A DNA stretch of 64,000 bases from Lytechinus pictus (taxonomy: Eukaryota), in contig NC_087245.1 in the NCBI RefSeq assembly GCF_037042905.1, positions 2,606,001-2,670,000 on the forward strand, in the 5' to 3' direction. A program made the position numbers and the translations under genes. A model generated the notes under the pieces. That model saw only the letters and a program-made list of their open reading frames with translations. It was not told the DNA's origin and ran no database searches. Below are positions 50,994 to 63,225 of the stretch, piece by piece; positions within the stretch are counted from its first letter, which is position 1, and each line of letters opens with the position of its first letter.

Positions 50994-51873
50994 AGGTGGT
51001 TTCAGACCGCCTCGAAGTTCGTCAGTTCCAGGTATTCTCTGATCGGGAAATTTACCCCGATCAGAAAAAACCACTATTTTTTTTCGTAATGTGAAAGCAA
51101 ACTACGCGTAATATCCCCGAAAGAAAATACCCGCTAAAAAGTAGGTACTTGGCGAAATTACGAGAACTTTCGCGGGGATTTTTCCAAGGTCGTGGGTATT
51201 TTGGCAACCTGAAAGCAAACTACGGGAACTTGTATCCCATCGATCACCGCGATAAGTGAATTTCCGGTTCATAGCCCGCGCTGTTCGATATGCATGGATA
51301 TGCGAGGCTTACTAGCTGATGCGAGGCCTACCGAGCGAGCAAGCCAGCGCCAGTGCATGCATGCAGCGATAAACATACGTACACTTTTCATGCCACGTGA
51401 CTCGGGGTTCGACTTTGACTAGGCGGTTGATTCTTCTTCTTAAAAAGATAGTTTTACGAATTAAGGGTGATATTTACAGGTATTCTAAATTTTCATACCA
51501 GATGACATCGCACTGGAGTGAGGAGGCCACCAAGGCCTTAATTTCAATGTGGAGAGAAATCTAGTGCAATTGCAGATGATCAAGGGAACAAATGATTTGC
51601 GCATACGATCGAGTATAGTTTGTACGTGCTAGAGCTAGGCCGGCCGCAGGTGGATTTCCCTCCCCGTCCGTCCCCCAATCGTACCGCTAAAAGCGCGCGC
51701 TTCTTCGTCTGCTACCAGACAGTACTGCGCATGCACATAACTTCGAGAAATTTCCCCAAAGAGTGTGTTTCGGGGCGGTCTGAATTCGGGCATAATTATC
51801 TGGTATTTTTTAGCATGTAATGTTCTCGTAATTTAACGGGGATTCTTGTGATCGAGGCGGTTTGAAACCACCT
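50994..51873 (+). mobile_element. PIF/Harbinger internal-deletion element, 3-bp TSD TCT
   Basis: TCT|AGGTGGTTTCAGACCGCCTCGA...TCGAGGCGGTTTGAAACCACCT|TCT; Myb/SANT-like fragment at 51502-51564. Confidence 0.85.
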
Positions 51874-54014
51874 TCTAAGATTTAATCATAACATAACCAT
51901 AATCAAATCCAAGCCCCTGGAGTTGTTTTATTATATGCAATTCCACTTTCACTCTCAACAGCTTCATTCACATCAGGGCAATTCATAACAGGTCCATTCA
52001 CATAAAAGAAACATATAGTTTTTTTTAATCAATATTAGGAAAGTCAAACTTATCACAAAGAATAGAATTGAATGAATGATCAAGATGTACCTGCCACAAA
52101 TAGATCAAATAATTGATGGCAAAAATATTTCCTAATCCACATATTAAAGCCTACATCTATTTGCTGCAGTGCAAAATACTTGTCATATCCTTTTATAAAT
52201 CCACACCCTAGCAAGATGCATTGGAAGAGGAAGAAGCAAACACTGGCAAAAGACTGATTTTAAGATGAAACAAAATTCGTTTTTCAACAACTGCATATCA
52301 AACCATCTAAAACTTGTCAAGGGTGCTCTCCTCAGCTGCACAATAAAACAGGATATATTTGCCAATGTTTCTATATCAAAAGTAGAAGTAATCCGCAATG
52401 AAATTGATTCATGATCAATCTAGAATCCTAGAGCAGTGTTGGCACAGAAACTGAAACGATTTGCTCCTTCACAGACCGATGGATACATTTTCTAGAGAAT
52501 TGTTAGCAGAGTTCCCTGCATTTTGCGAACAGCAACACGTTGTGGTCTGCTGTCTGCAGGTCTTCCGCAATCCACAGCCAGCCAGCTAACGAGATCGAGG
52601 TCTGTGTGACCCTTAGCATGATTGATCCATTCTGCTCAGACAAGCAGACACAACAACAAAGGTCACCCACAAATTCCTCTCCACTTCAAGTTGATTGGCA
52701 AAAGACGAAGAAAGGGGGAGGAGGAGGAGGTTGGAAGAATAAAGATGGACAGACCTAGAAATAATATGAATAAGATGGAGAGAGGGAGGACAGGAGGTAC
52801 ATGTAGGAGAGACTACTGAAGAGAAATTCAAAGGTGAAACATTTTAAAATATTTTCCATCTACCAAAGCATCGTAGTCTGGACTTAACAAATCATACAAC
52901 TTGCATGCTTCTATTTAAAGCTCTACATGAATCCTGCAAAGTACCATCATATGACCAGAAATAAATGCAATAAAATTTATAAAAATCACACAAAAATATA
53001 TTAAACCTGCTGCATGCTGCACAATTCACTGTGTATATGGTTCAGTCATTTAATGACTAGTAGATGACATTTCAATTTTCAAGTAAAAGCTCAATACCAA
53101 TTACAATGTATCTATATCAAATGTATTTGCGTGTGAAGGAAGAACCGCAAGCATCAGCTGCTTGTAATGATTTTATCTTAAAACAAGGCAAATTAATCAA
53201 GTTAATTCACAATGTTCACCTGATACAAGGAAACTTTTATCTTTCCATACCACACCGATTTTGAATTTCATGGCAAAATGATTGGCAAACATCAGCTGCG
53301 CAACTGCTAGAAGGAAAATGTGGAATTATCCAGGTCAATGGTTCACCAGTTAAAGCCAAGAAATATTTCTCTCTTATAAATATTGTCTGGGACGGAGATG
53401 TTAAAAGTACAGCTGTGTCCTCCTTTCTACATCAAGCTTGCTGATCCCTAGCGTCTATCTAAATCTCTTCCCTTTGCTTTTTAGTTGATAGTATAATACA
53501 AACCACAGTAATAGGGTCATGCAAATTCATAATTTCACAAAAAATCTCAAATTATGATATGACAGGATGGAAACAAGGAAGAAACTGGCAAAATGCCACA
53601 TTTAGAAATATTAAAGGGAATTTCTTTTCGAAATAGCCATATCTTTGTGTTCAATTTAATTTTTGTAAGCCACTAGGACTTAATAGAAATTCTTGCGATT
53701 TAGATGATGTTGCCCTTAAAGATGAAATTCAATATTCATCTTGAAAAAAAAGATGACTCATTCTACATCTCTGTCACACTTTCAGAATCCCCCCCCCTCC
53801 TACTTTTTGAGGGGGTGTCAACATACATGTGTATAAAGTGCATGGGTATCATATTAAATACAAACTCACAATATGATGTATGAAATACAAAACATTCACT
53901 TTTACATGTAGAAGTGAATCAGAGATGGGGAGGGAGGGGGGGGGGAGGGTGCTAGGGAAGCATGACAATCCTTCATTCTCCTTTGTATCTTGATTCTTGT
54001 TTTTCAGACACTAT

Positions 54015-54338
54015 GGCCCGTATTCTGAAGTAGGGTTTAACTTACACTCAGGTTTAAAGTTGTGGTTGAAGTACATGTATGGATAGCCAATTGCTACATA
54101 AATCACTAATGGTAGAGATATCATATTTCAGCTCATTTGGCTCTCAAATCATTCATAATTGTCTAGGAAGTACAAAAAGATGATTGTCTCCACCATCGAT
54201 GAATCAGGAAAGAGCACAGCAAACATAAGAAACATACAACTTAATAAAAATTTTGACACTTTTAGCTTCCCATAATTTTAGAATTTAGCACAGATTTAGA
54301 CCGTGGTCTAAGTTAAACCTGACTTCAGAATAAGGGCC
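54015..54338. mobile_element. Harbinger-type MITE, TSD TAT
   Basis: TAT|GGCCCGTATTCTGAAGT...ACTTCAGAATAAGGGCC|TAT; an inverted copy lies at 59218. Confidence 0.85.
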
Positions 54339-54388
54339 TATAAACCCAGAGTACATATTGTGGTATAGGTGGTATTTGAGTCATTTAA

Positions 54389-54971
54389 AGGAGAATGAAA
54401 CCCTTGAAACCAGCTGAATCAATATCAAAGAGAAAAATCAAAGAAACATATTGTTGAAAGTTTGAGGAAGATTGAATGAATAATAAGAAAGTTATGAGCA
54501 TTTGAATATTGAGATCACTAGTGCCATGTAGATCCTCCCATCGGCAATGCGACCAAGATCTGTGATGTCACACACGTGCAACTCCCTCATTACTTTAGTA
54601 CTTATTTCACTTATATTCTCACTTTTATAGAGTCTATCACAAGGTGAGGTGTTCTCTTTATGAGATGACAAGTTCAGAGGTTTCACAACATTATATCATT
54701 GATGAATCATTTGTCATATGATTACAATGAGCAAAAAGAGATGTTTTGGGGTATATTTTCAGAGTCCAAATGGGAGAGTTGTACGTGTGTGACATCACAG
54801 ATCTTGGTCGCATTGCCAATGGGAGGATCTCCATAGCATTAGTGATCTCGACATTCAAATGCTCATAACTCTTTTATTGCTAGTCCTATTTTACTCAAAC
54901 TTTTGTTGATCTTATTCTTTGATTTTTCTGCTTTCACAAAAGCTAACTTGCTCCAAGAGTTTCATTCTCCT
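54389..54971. mobile_element. Kolobok-like MITE, TTAA TSD
   Basis: TTAA|AGGAGAATGAAAC...GTTTCATTCTCCT|TTAA with TIRs of about 200 bp. Confidence 0.85.
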
Positions 54972-56721
54972 TTAATGACTCAAGGGAGTTGAACAGCATA
55001 ATGGTAAGGGCAGAGGATGGTTTCAGACCAGAAGATTTAAAGTTCAAATGTAAGGCATGAACCTGCTCTTTTAATATTGATCTGTATCATATAAATTTTG
55101 GCCTATAGAACAATTCTGATTTTTTTAATGTAAAATTTCCCAAGCTCATCCAGTTCTACAAAATAATTTCCACAGTACACATTGCTTCATCCACGATCCA
55201 ATAATGTGTTTGAATTGAAGCACAGCAAAACAGAACAAAACTTGTTTTTTCATAACATTGCGTGATACATGTAGTAAGCCTACCATACCTGACTGTCTGC
55301 ATACAAGCAATGGATAACCACATAATCTAGACTAACCAGACCCTTTCATTTCATTTCAAAGTAAGACCTTACAGATGGCATATAGTGTAATTTGTATAGC
55401 CTTCAACAAGTACAATTTATCAAACTAAAATTCGTTTTACGGTGAAAGATTACAATGATATAGCAGTATTATCAAATGAAATGCATAGGCCTATAACATG
55501 TATTCCCTTGGGCATTTTGTCAGTGATTATGAACCAGCATAAACCTCAGCTTGTCACATTTGCTCTGTGCATATCTAAGATATTGAGACAGTAGAACACC
55601 ACATGGATCCAGCAACATCTCAACTCAATGATTTAAATCCGATGAAATAAAAACAGAATACAAAAATATTATAAATTTACTATTTCCAAGAGCAGCAAAT
55701 ATATTATTGATCAATCACAAACATGGCATCTTCCGAGTAATATCTTCTACATTCCACTTGAGCCTATGACAGGTAGGCCTATAGATAGCAAGATGATCAA
55801 AGAAGGTCACTTCCAAGAAATATCCAAAATAAAGATGGTTACGAAATAGTCATCTTTGTGATTACAGCAAATACACAAAAACTGAAGATAAATTATTGTT
55901 CCGATGCAATGGATGAAGATGTATTAACACAATGAAAAGGAAAACGTCTGATGAAATCCAATGGTACACAAGTTGGTATGAACACATCTATGATGCCAAA
56001 CATCCATCCATCCTTCCAAGCAAAGTAACAACTTCAGACTCAAGATATGAATTAATCATAATACGAGTAGGCAAAAAGCCTGCCAATACTCCAATTGAGA
56101 CTTCACAGCAAATGTCATAATAAAGATACAGGAAGTATCTGTATGTATACTTCAACAGAAGAATTTGATAAAGTTTTCAATAAGACATACGGTAATCACA
56201 CTGCATTTACGCCTACATTGTACGCTCTCCCCTAACATACATGTTTCCTACGTGGAATCCAATGCTAAATGGAAATCCACTTCTCCACTTGACGGCCAGG
56301 CAGGATGTACTAGCCTAGTTGTAGCTGGTTAAAGGGAGATGTTAATTAGATTGATAGTAAAAAATGTCTCCTCTCTGCACCCATAACAATTAAGTGGGTG
56401 ACCAAATGCCTTAAATTCAAAACAAATATTATTTCACTTGTTTACAATACACACACTACACACATACACATTAAAAAAAAAGAAATTGAGGAAAAACAAA
56501 ATCAATTTTTAATAGTCAAATGAGATAATTGGGTTTATACTCTGATTGCAATAACCCATATGACACTAAATACAAAATAAAACTGAGAAAAAATTGTGAT
56601 TTAAATGAGAAAGAAGGATGTTGCTCTATAATAAGATTAAATTCTGATTTTTTTTAAACGGTGTCTAATACTTTTAAAGATAACCAAAGATCTATAAAAA
56701 GCACAGGATGATCGAGGACAT

Positions 56722-57806
56722 CAGTCAGTCCGCAAGCCCTGAAAAAGTAGCTTCTTTTATCCAAGTGATATTCATGACTAGAGGGTTTTTGCATAGTTAA
56801 TGAGCTTGGTGCGAACCAAAATACCTCTTTTTATTCGGCCATTGCTGCTCTAAATATTGACCAAATTTCATGTTTTTGGTATCTTTGTAAAGAAGAAGAA
56901 TCATTCTTTCAGGTCATGTGTTTGGATTTTTAAAAGAATGTTGTAATATAGGTAGAACTTTTGATCTAAAACATGACACCAAATATTTTTTTTCATGCAA
57001 CAAAAGTTGTTGTTTTTACACTTAATTTCTGTTTGGGCACAAATGATTTTTAAATCATGATAAAGCTGAAGATCTAAGCTTTAATATGATATAATTTTTA
57101 TAAGAAGATGTATTTTAGATGGGTCAGCAGCCAGCTTTTCATAGGCCAAGTACAATTTGCAGCTCAAAAAAAAAAAATACTGCGCTCTGATTGGTCATAG
57201 ATACCACACACCCACGCAAATTCCAATGTTCCCCACACTGGGCCTCTGCAAGGTCACACTCACCATGTGGTAATCTCTTCAAATTACCCGCGCCTGTTTG
57301 TTTTGAAAACAGTATTCAGCCAATCAGAACTCTGGATTGTATGTTACTCAGAAATTTCAGAAATCTCGTCTTGCATCTTGATGGAACAAGCTGGCTGCTG
57401 ACCCATCTAAAAGATGCCACATATCAAGAGTGACATTGTAAGAAAGTATAGAGTTTGAGCTTTCTGATGATATAAATAATGTTGGTGCCTAAAACACAAA
57501 ATGATGCACAATTTGCAAGTGAAGACAGAGGAAGAAAATTCTGTTTGATGCATCTTTTCAGGTAAAAAATTCACTTATTTATTAAGATATTTCATTCAAA
57601 AGAAATGACCAATATAAAAGAGTAACATTTACTCTTGCCCATGGTACAAAAATAATCAATATTACTCAAGGAGAAAGTGGTTAAATTCTTTGAGAAAGAA
57701 AGTCTCACAATTCACGAGATTTTGCAGGGACATGAATTCAGCCACGAGAGGACTTGGATAAATCTTGCTCATTTGCTCATTAACACAGGGGCTTGCGGAC
57801 TGACTG
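56722..57806. mobile_element. Non-autonomous DNA transposon, 4-bp TSD ACAT (superfamily uncertain)
   Basis: ACAT|CAGTCAGTCCGCAAGCCC...GGGCTTGCGGACTGACTG|ACAT. Confidence 0.85.
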
Positions 57807-57864
57807 ACATACATGTATTCAACCATGTTTACTTGCATCTATCCATGGTCCATGGTCTATCCAA

Positions 57865-58696
57865 GGGTGCGTTTATCCGCCACTTTTTTACCCTATAATC
57901 ATGATCTGAATCATGATTCAAATCATGATTCTGCAGAATCACGATTGCGTTTAGTCGAAATTGAATATAATCATGATTAGAATCACAAACATGAAACACG
58001 AAAAAAGGGGCGTTTGGAAAGACGTTTCTGCAGAATCACGTACGAAAATGTTCGAATAAACGATATCGTGATTACAATCATGATTATATGACCTCACTGT
58101 TGTGTCGGGCTACTTTCGGTTTGACTCTTGCCAAGCTCAAGGCGCTCTATATGCTCATTGTATGTACATGACTATGTACTATGAATTCATTTCTTGTCAT
58201 GTTCAAGTTCTGTGTTGGTCATCGCATCGTCCACTACTTTTCATTTTTTGGTCATGTCTTCAACGTATATCTTCAAGTTCTAGTAAATGAATTAACTGGA
58301 CAGACAATGATCTCAGTTGTTGTTGAGTATACAGTATCAATATCAAATTGGATCTACGCTGAAATTCACTTCCGAACACCATTTTGGATAAACTAACAAG
58401 ATGAATAGAAGCATATGGACCCTTTATGATAGAAGTAAACCAAATGAGGTATAGACTGAATTCTGATGGAAGCAAAAGAATTTTCGAGAGCCGAAACACG
58501 TGCGAAAAACTTCCTCTGTCAAACTGCGCACTAGTGATGCGCACTGGATTGGCCCGAATCTGAGGAGAAACAGCATCGGAATGAAGGTCGTCTAAACGCT
58601 GATTCTGTGATATTGTGATTCATGTTTGTGTTTTGAATCATGATTCAAATCATGATTCAAATCATGATTCTGGCTTGAGGTCGCATAAACGCAGCC
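57865..58696. mobile_element. Harbinger-type MITE, 3-bp TSD CAA
   Basis: CAA|GGGTGCGTTTAT...ATAAACGCAGCC|CAA with subterminal AATCATGATT palindrome arrays. Confidence 0.8.
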
Positions 58697-59217
58697 CAAG
58701 TTTAATAGTGATTTGATCTCTACTTTCACTTATCATGTTGTAGTGCTCAAGGATACCTGGCAATAAATGTGAACTCTGAAAGTAAGAAACTTTTACAGAT
58801 ACACGTACACATAATTAATTTGTTGAATACTATGTGCATTAGCATCCAATTTATCAGTTGCTTTCTTTCATCTTTTAATTCCTTTTAATAAAACAGGATA
58901 TGGTATACCACATAACCGCTACCCTACAATACAAAGCGTGTGAAATATTCATAGCATAACCTTCAAGACAGACTTGAGTATTTGAAATGAGAAATAATTT
59001 CAAAGGATAGATTTTAATAATCAATTCGGGCTATCATCTTTTTGATATATGTTTCGGGGAGGGGGAGTCAACATCAAGAGATACGATCGTTATTTTTACA
59101 ACTGGTTGTAATATTTGTACACGGTTTGCCATAGACTTTGACAGATTGATGCTTACATTCCACTGAACAATTGATTAGTAATATCGTTTGTGTCACATCA
59201 TCCATATTAGACAGTAA

Positions 59218-59526
59218 GGCCCGTATTCTGAAGTCAGGTTTAACTTAGACCATGGTCTAACTCTGCTAAAATTATGGGAAGCCAAAAGTGTCACAATTTT
59301 TTATTAAGTTGTATGTTTCTTATGTTTACTGTGCTCTTTCCTGATTCATCGATGGTGAAGACATCTTTTTGTACTTCCTAGACAATTATGAATGATTTGA
59401 GGCAAAAGAGCTGAAATTTATATGATATCTCTACTGTTAGTGATTTATGTAACAATTGGCTATCCATATTTAAACCCCAAACTTTAAACCTGGGTTTAAG
59501 TTAAACCCAACTTCAGAATACGGGCA
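59218..59526. mobile_element. Harbinger-type MITE (inverted copy of 54015)
   Basis: GGCCCGTATTCTGAAGT...ACTTCAGAATACGGGC; the internal sequence is the reverse complement of the 54015 copy. Confidence 0.85.
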
Positions 59527-60160
59527 TATAGGTCAACTACGCGTAAACCAAAATAATTAAGAACGTAATTACACAAAAAGGGATATTGATCCATGTACAT
59601 TTTGATCTGGTTTCTCTCTTCAGATATGAATCACTACGTGTGTAAGACCAACAACATCTCATTACTTGGAACTTCTAGTACATGTACAGTATATGCAAAT
59701 GGACATGGTTTTGTATTTGAACGTTTATAAGAAGATTTCTCCCTTCAACGCTGAATATCAAATGTTATTTCCTGCAAAATATTTCTAGTCTGCACATGCA
59801 GACACTGTTGCTTCCAAACTTCTCTTATCCAGATGTTAGCATGACTGTATATTGAAATATTAACCAAAATGTGGAATAAGGCATGTGGCTTTATTAGTAT
59901 AATGGTTACAAAAATTGGGGCAAACGAAACCAAGTAAGATAGAGATAAGGGAGGTTCTAAAGAGGCAGGATATGGACCCCCTTCCTTGCTAATTACCAAT
60001 GAACTTTCCATCCGACCCCATATACCCATCTAAACATCACCCAATAGAATAACTCAAAAACATCACCAGAGCCAGCTGGATATAAAGTAATATCATCCTG
60101 TTTCACCACTACTGCTTCCGTTTATTACCATAAAAATTCTCATGAAAATAAGTAAACTAT

Positions 60161-60607
60161 GAGGCTGTTCTCACTACGTTCCTAAGACTAGTTTACTGGA
60201 AACTACTTTAACTCGTAGTGAGAACGGTCTAAGCAGTCTTGGAAGCGATCTTCCAAACCAGTTTGGAAAACCACCTTGCGATGTAGTTTTCAAGATCACT
60301 CTGCCTCGTTAAACTGGTTTTAGCTTAAGTGAGGACACAACCGTTCTTCGGGAACGATCTTCGCACATTTTGAGCGCGCTTCTCCACACAACAGGTGTAG
60401 AATGCCTATGCTGCAGTTTCGAATTTCGCGCGAAACATGTCACTCCACTGAGAGCATTTCCATAGCAACAAGAGCGCTTTACGTGAAGTGATTAAGAAAA
60501 CCACTTTCGTGTGATCAAGTGGGAACGCTAGCAAAGCGATCTTCCAAACTAGTTTCCTGAATCGGTTTCCAGTAAACTAGTTTAGAAAGCATAATGAGAA
60601 CGGCCTC
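60161..60607. mobile_element. Harbinger-type MITE, TSD TAT
   Basis: TAT|GAGGCTGTTCTCAC...ACTAGTTTACTGGAAAC and GTTTCCAGTAAACTAGT...TGAGAACGGCCTC|TAT. Confidence 0.85.
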
Positions 60608-60629
60608 TATCTTGAAGTTTATAGGTTAA

Positions 60630-61111
60630 AGGGGCAGTTCACCCTGATAATAAGTTGATTTTAATAACAGCATAATTTTTTATTTAAAAAAATATCGGCA
60701 AAAATTTGATGAAAATCGATCAAAGGATGACACAGTTATAAATGTTTTTAAAAATTCATTTTGTGATGTCATAGACAAAGAGCTTTTCCATATATCATGC
60801 AAACTTCCCGAAAATGCATTTCTCAAAAAATTGAAATTGATGTTATTTGTGCAGGGGATAATCAGACATGTCATTACTTACCCAATTCTATAATAAATAT
60901 ATTTTTATGTTCCTTTAAAGAATGAATTTTATTTAAGTTATAGTATATGGTAATGTGAGGGAACTGCTCACATATGACATCACAAATTCAAAATTAAAAA
61001 AAAATAAAAGCTCTTATATTCTTTGGTGGATTCCCATCAAAACTTCTGTTTTTTTTTCTTCTATTTTTTTGCTGTTAATAAAACAATGTATTGTCATGGT
61101 GAACTTCCCCT
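60630..61111. mobile_element. Degenerate Kolobok-like MITE
   Basis: TTAA|AGGGGCAGTTCACC...GGTGAACTTCCCCT; the right TSD has decayed. Confidence 0.65.
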
Positions 61112-62881
61112 GCAAGCTTAACCCTTTGTTGATGTTGCAATTTTGCACATTCATACAATTAAATTCAACAATTGTAATAATTAGTTTTCTCCCCTACCTT
61201 CCAATTAGATAAGCTAATAAAAGGCAATAGTTCTTGGATGACATATATATAATAATAATAAGTAACAATGGTGTAATATGGATATCTTGAATTAAACAAA
61301 ATAACATGGAAAAAAATTGTCATTATTAACCCCCAAAATTAATTCAGCATGCAAAGAGTTAAAGAGACGTGATAAGTTCCTGGGCAACGCTTCCATATGC
61401 ATACAAAAACAAATTTTTGAATAAATAAGAAAGTACATACCTGTCATGTAAAAAATTAATTTAGTTTCGGATGCTACATTTCAATACCAACTTTTTAAAC
61501 GTGCAACATTGGAATTTAAGCTTTCACATTGCAGTGGACAGATATTTTTTAGGGGTCTGCATTCATTTTCCATGGTTCGTTTGATCATTTAGGAATGAAA
61601 TTGCCCTGAGCCTTGTCTATTTTTTCCCCCTAATACATGTAGAAAATATAAAATAAGAAAATTGCAGACAGATAATTACCCACCTTCATCTATGCTGATA
61701 ACACTATCATCAAGGGCCCACTCAGAAAACATTGTCAAATATTTTCACTAATCCTGGTCAAAATCAGTCTTCTGATATTCTAAAGTCAAATAATGTTCTA
61801 AAAATGAATTTTCAATCAAATCCAAGCTAAGAACTCATGGTCACTGATCAAATACTTGTTCCTAATGTAAAAAAATATCAGTCCTATGATATCTTCCAAT
61901 AAAAAATCAGTAAAATCCTTCTTAGTTTATTGTAAAACTTTGTTTAGTATCAGTACAGGTGTATACGGACAAAATCTGCTTAAAAAGAAAGCAACTCATG
62001 CAGTTGTCTTTCTTTAGATTGAATGCGTCAACAAATTACAGTAAAATTTATATGACCATATCATGTACAAACTACCTAGCGCATGCTAAAAACGATACAT
62101 GCCTGTTAAGCTTACTCCAAGTCTCCAATATTTATTTGCTATAAATGATAAGAGACTTACCATTACTCTAGAGGAATTCAATCATTCAAACCAATACACC
62201 TAAAGTACTATCGGTACATTAAACCGAGATCTCTTTTGACCTAATAAAATTTCCACTATTTTTATTTCAAATTATAGGAAGTACAAATTTTCTTCTTTTA
62301 AAATATATAAGAAATTTCATGTATTTCCTTAAATGATACTAATTTGGAAAATAATGAGCCTGCCATCATTATTGACGTGTAGACCTCATCCTATACCCTC
62401 ATATTGGAATTAAATAACAATTTCTGCAAGAGTTAAGTACCGTTACGACCTTTCACACATCAACAGGACATTGTAATATGATCTACATTGGATGAGGCTA
62501 TAACTGATGGTAATTCGTACAGGAAAAAGAAAAAGACATGCAATCCTCCAAATGTAATTGCTAGCAGTATATTTGTGTTTATGAATTTGAAACTAGACAA
62601 TTATTTCATGAATGTCCCAGAACAGAAAATATTTTCTGAAAGGGCGAGGGGTAAATGTGCCTATAAAAAGGACAATGTCACTGTCTGCCTTTCATATTTT
62701 GTCTGATAAAAATACAGTGTACTTGTACACTTACTCTGTAGTCTGTATGTTCATTTTCATTTTTGAAGTTGAACAACGATAATTGGTCAAGGTTAGATCT
62801 CAAATGTTGAATTTCATTTTGACATTTAAGTCTAAAAATCTAAACTAGAAGACATTGAATACACACTTTGTTTCTCATTAT

Positions 62882-62972
62882 AATGTCATAACTTTCTTAT
62901 TTTACATCCAATGTTGATGAAATTTTCATTGCTATGCTTGTTAGAATTTTTTGTTGGGTGGACGTGTCCTTT
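62882..62972. mobile_element. Terminal fragment of the 1062-family MITE
   Basis: AATGTCATAACTTTCTTATTTTACATCC...GTGGACGTGTCCT matches 1539-1650. Confidence 0.75.
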
Positions 62973-63068
62973 TTAATAACCTAACAATCCATACAAAAGA
63001 GAATGATGACAACGATAATGAAGTAATTCACCTGTAACAAATGTCTGACTGACCTTTAAATAAAAAAT

Positions 63069-63225
63069 GGGCTCTGTTGCATAAAATTTACCATTATGGT
63101 AACTTACCCACCAAATGGTAACTTATCTGGAATCCTTGATTTTGATTGGCTGTTGATTATCGTTACCATGGTAGTTACCATTGGATGGCAAAATTATTAT
63201 AATAGTAACTTTTATGCAACGGCCC
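63069..63225. mobile_element. Short MITE (about 155 bp) with central CCAAT box
   Basis: GTTGCATAAAA...TTTTATGCAACGGCCC inverted ends; related relics at about 43039-43165, 24379-24577, 26186-26353 and 14092-14185. Confidence 0.7.
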
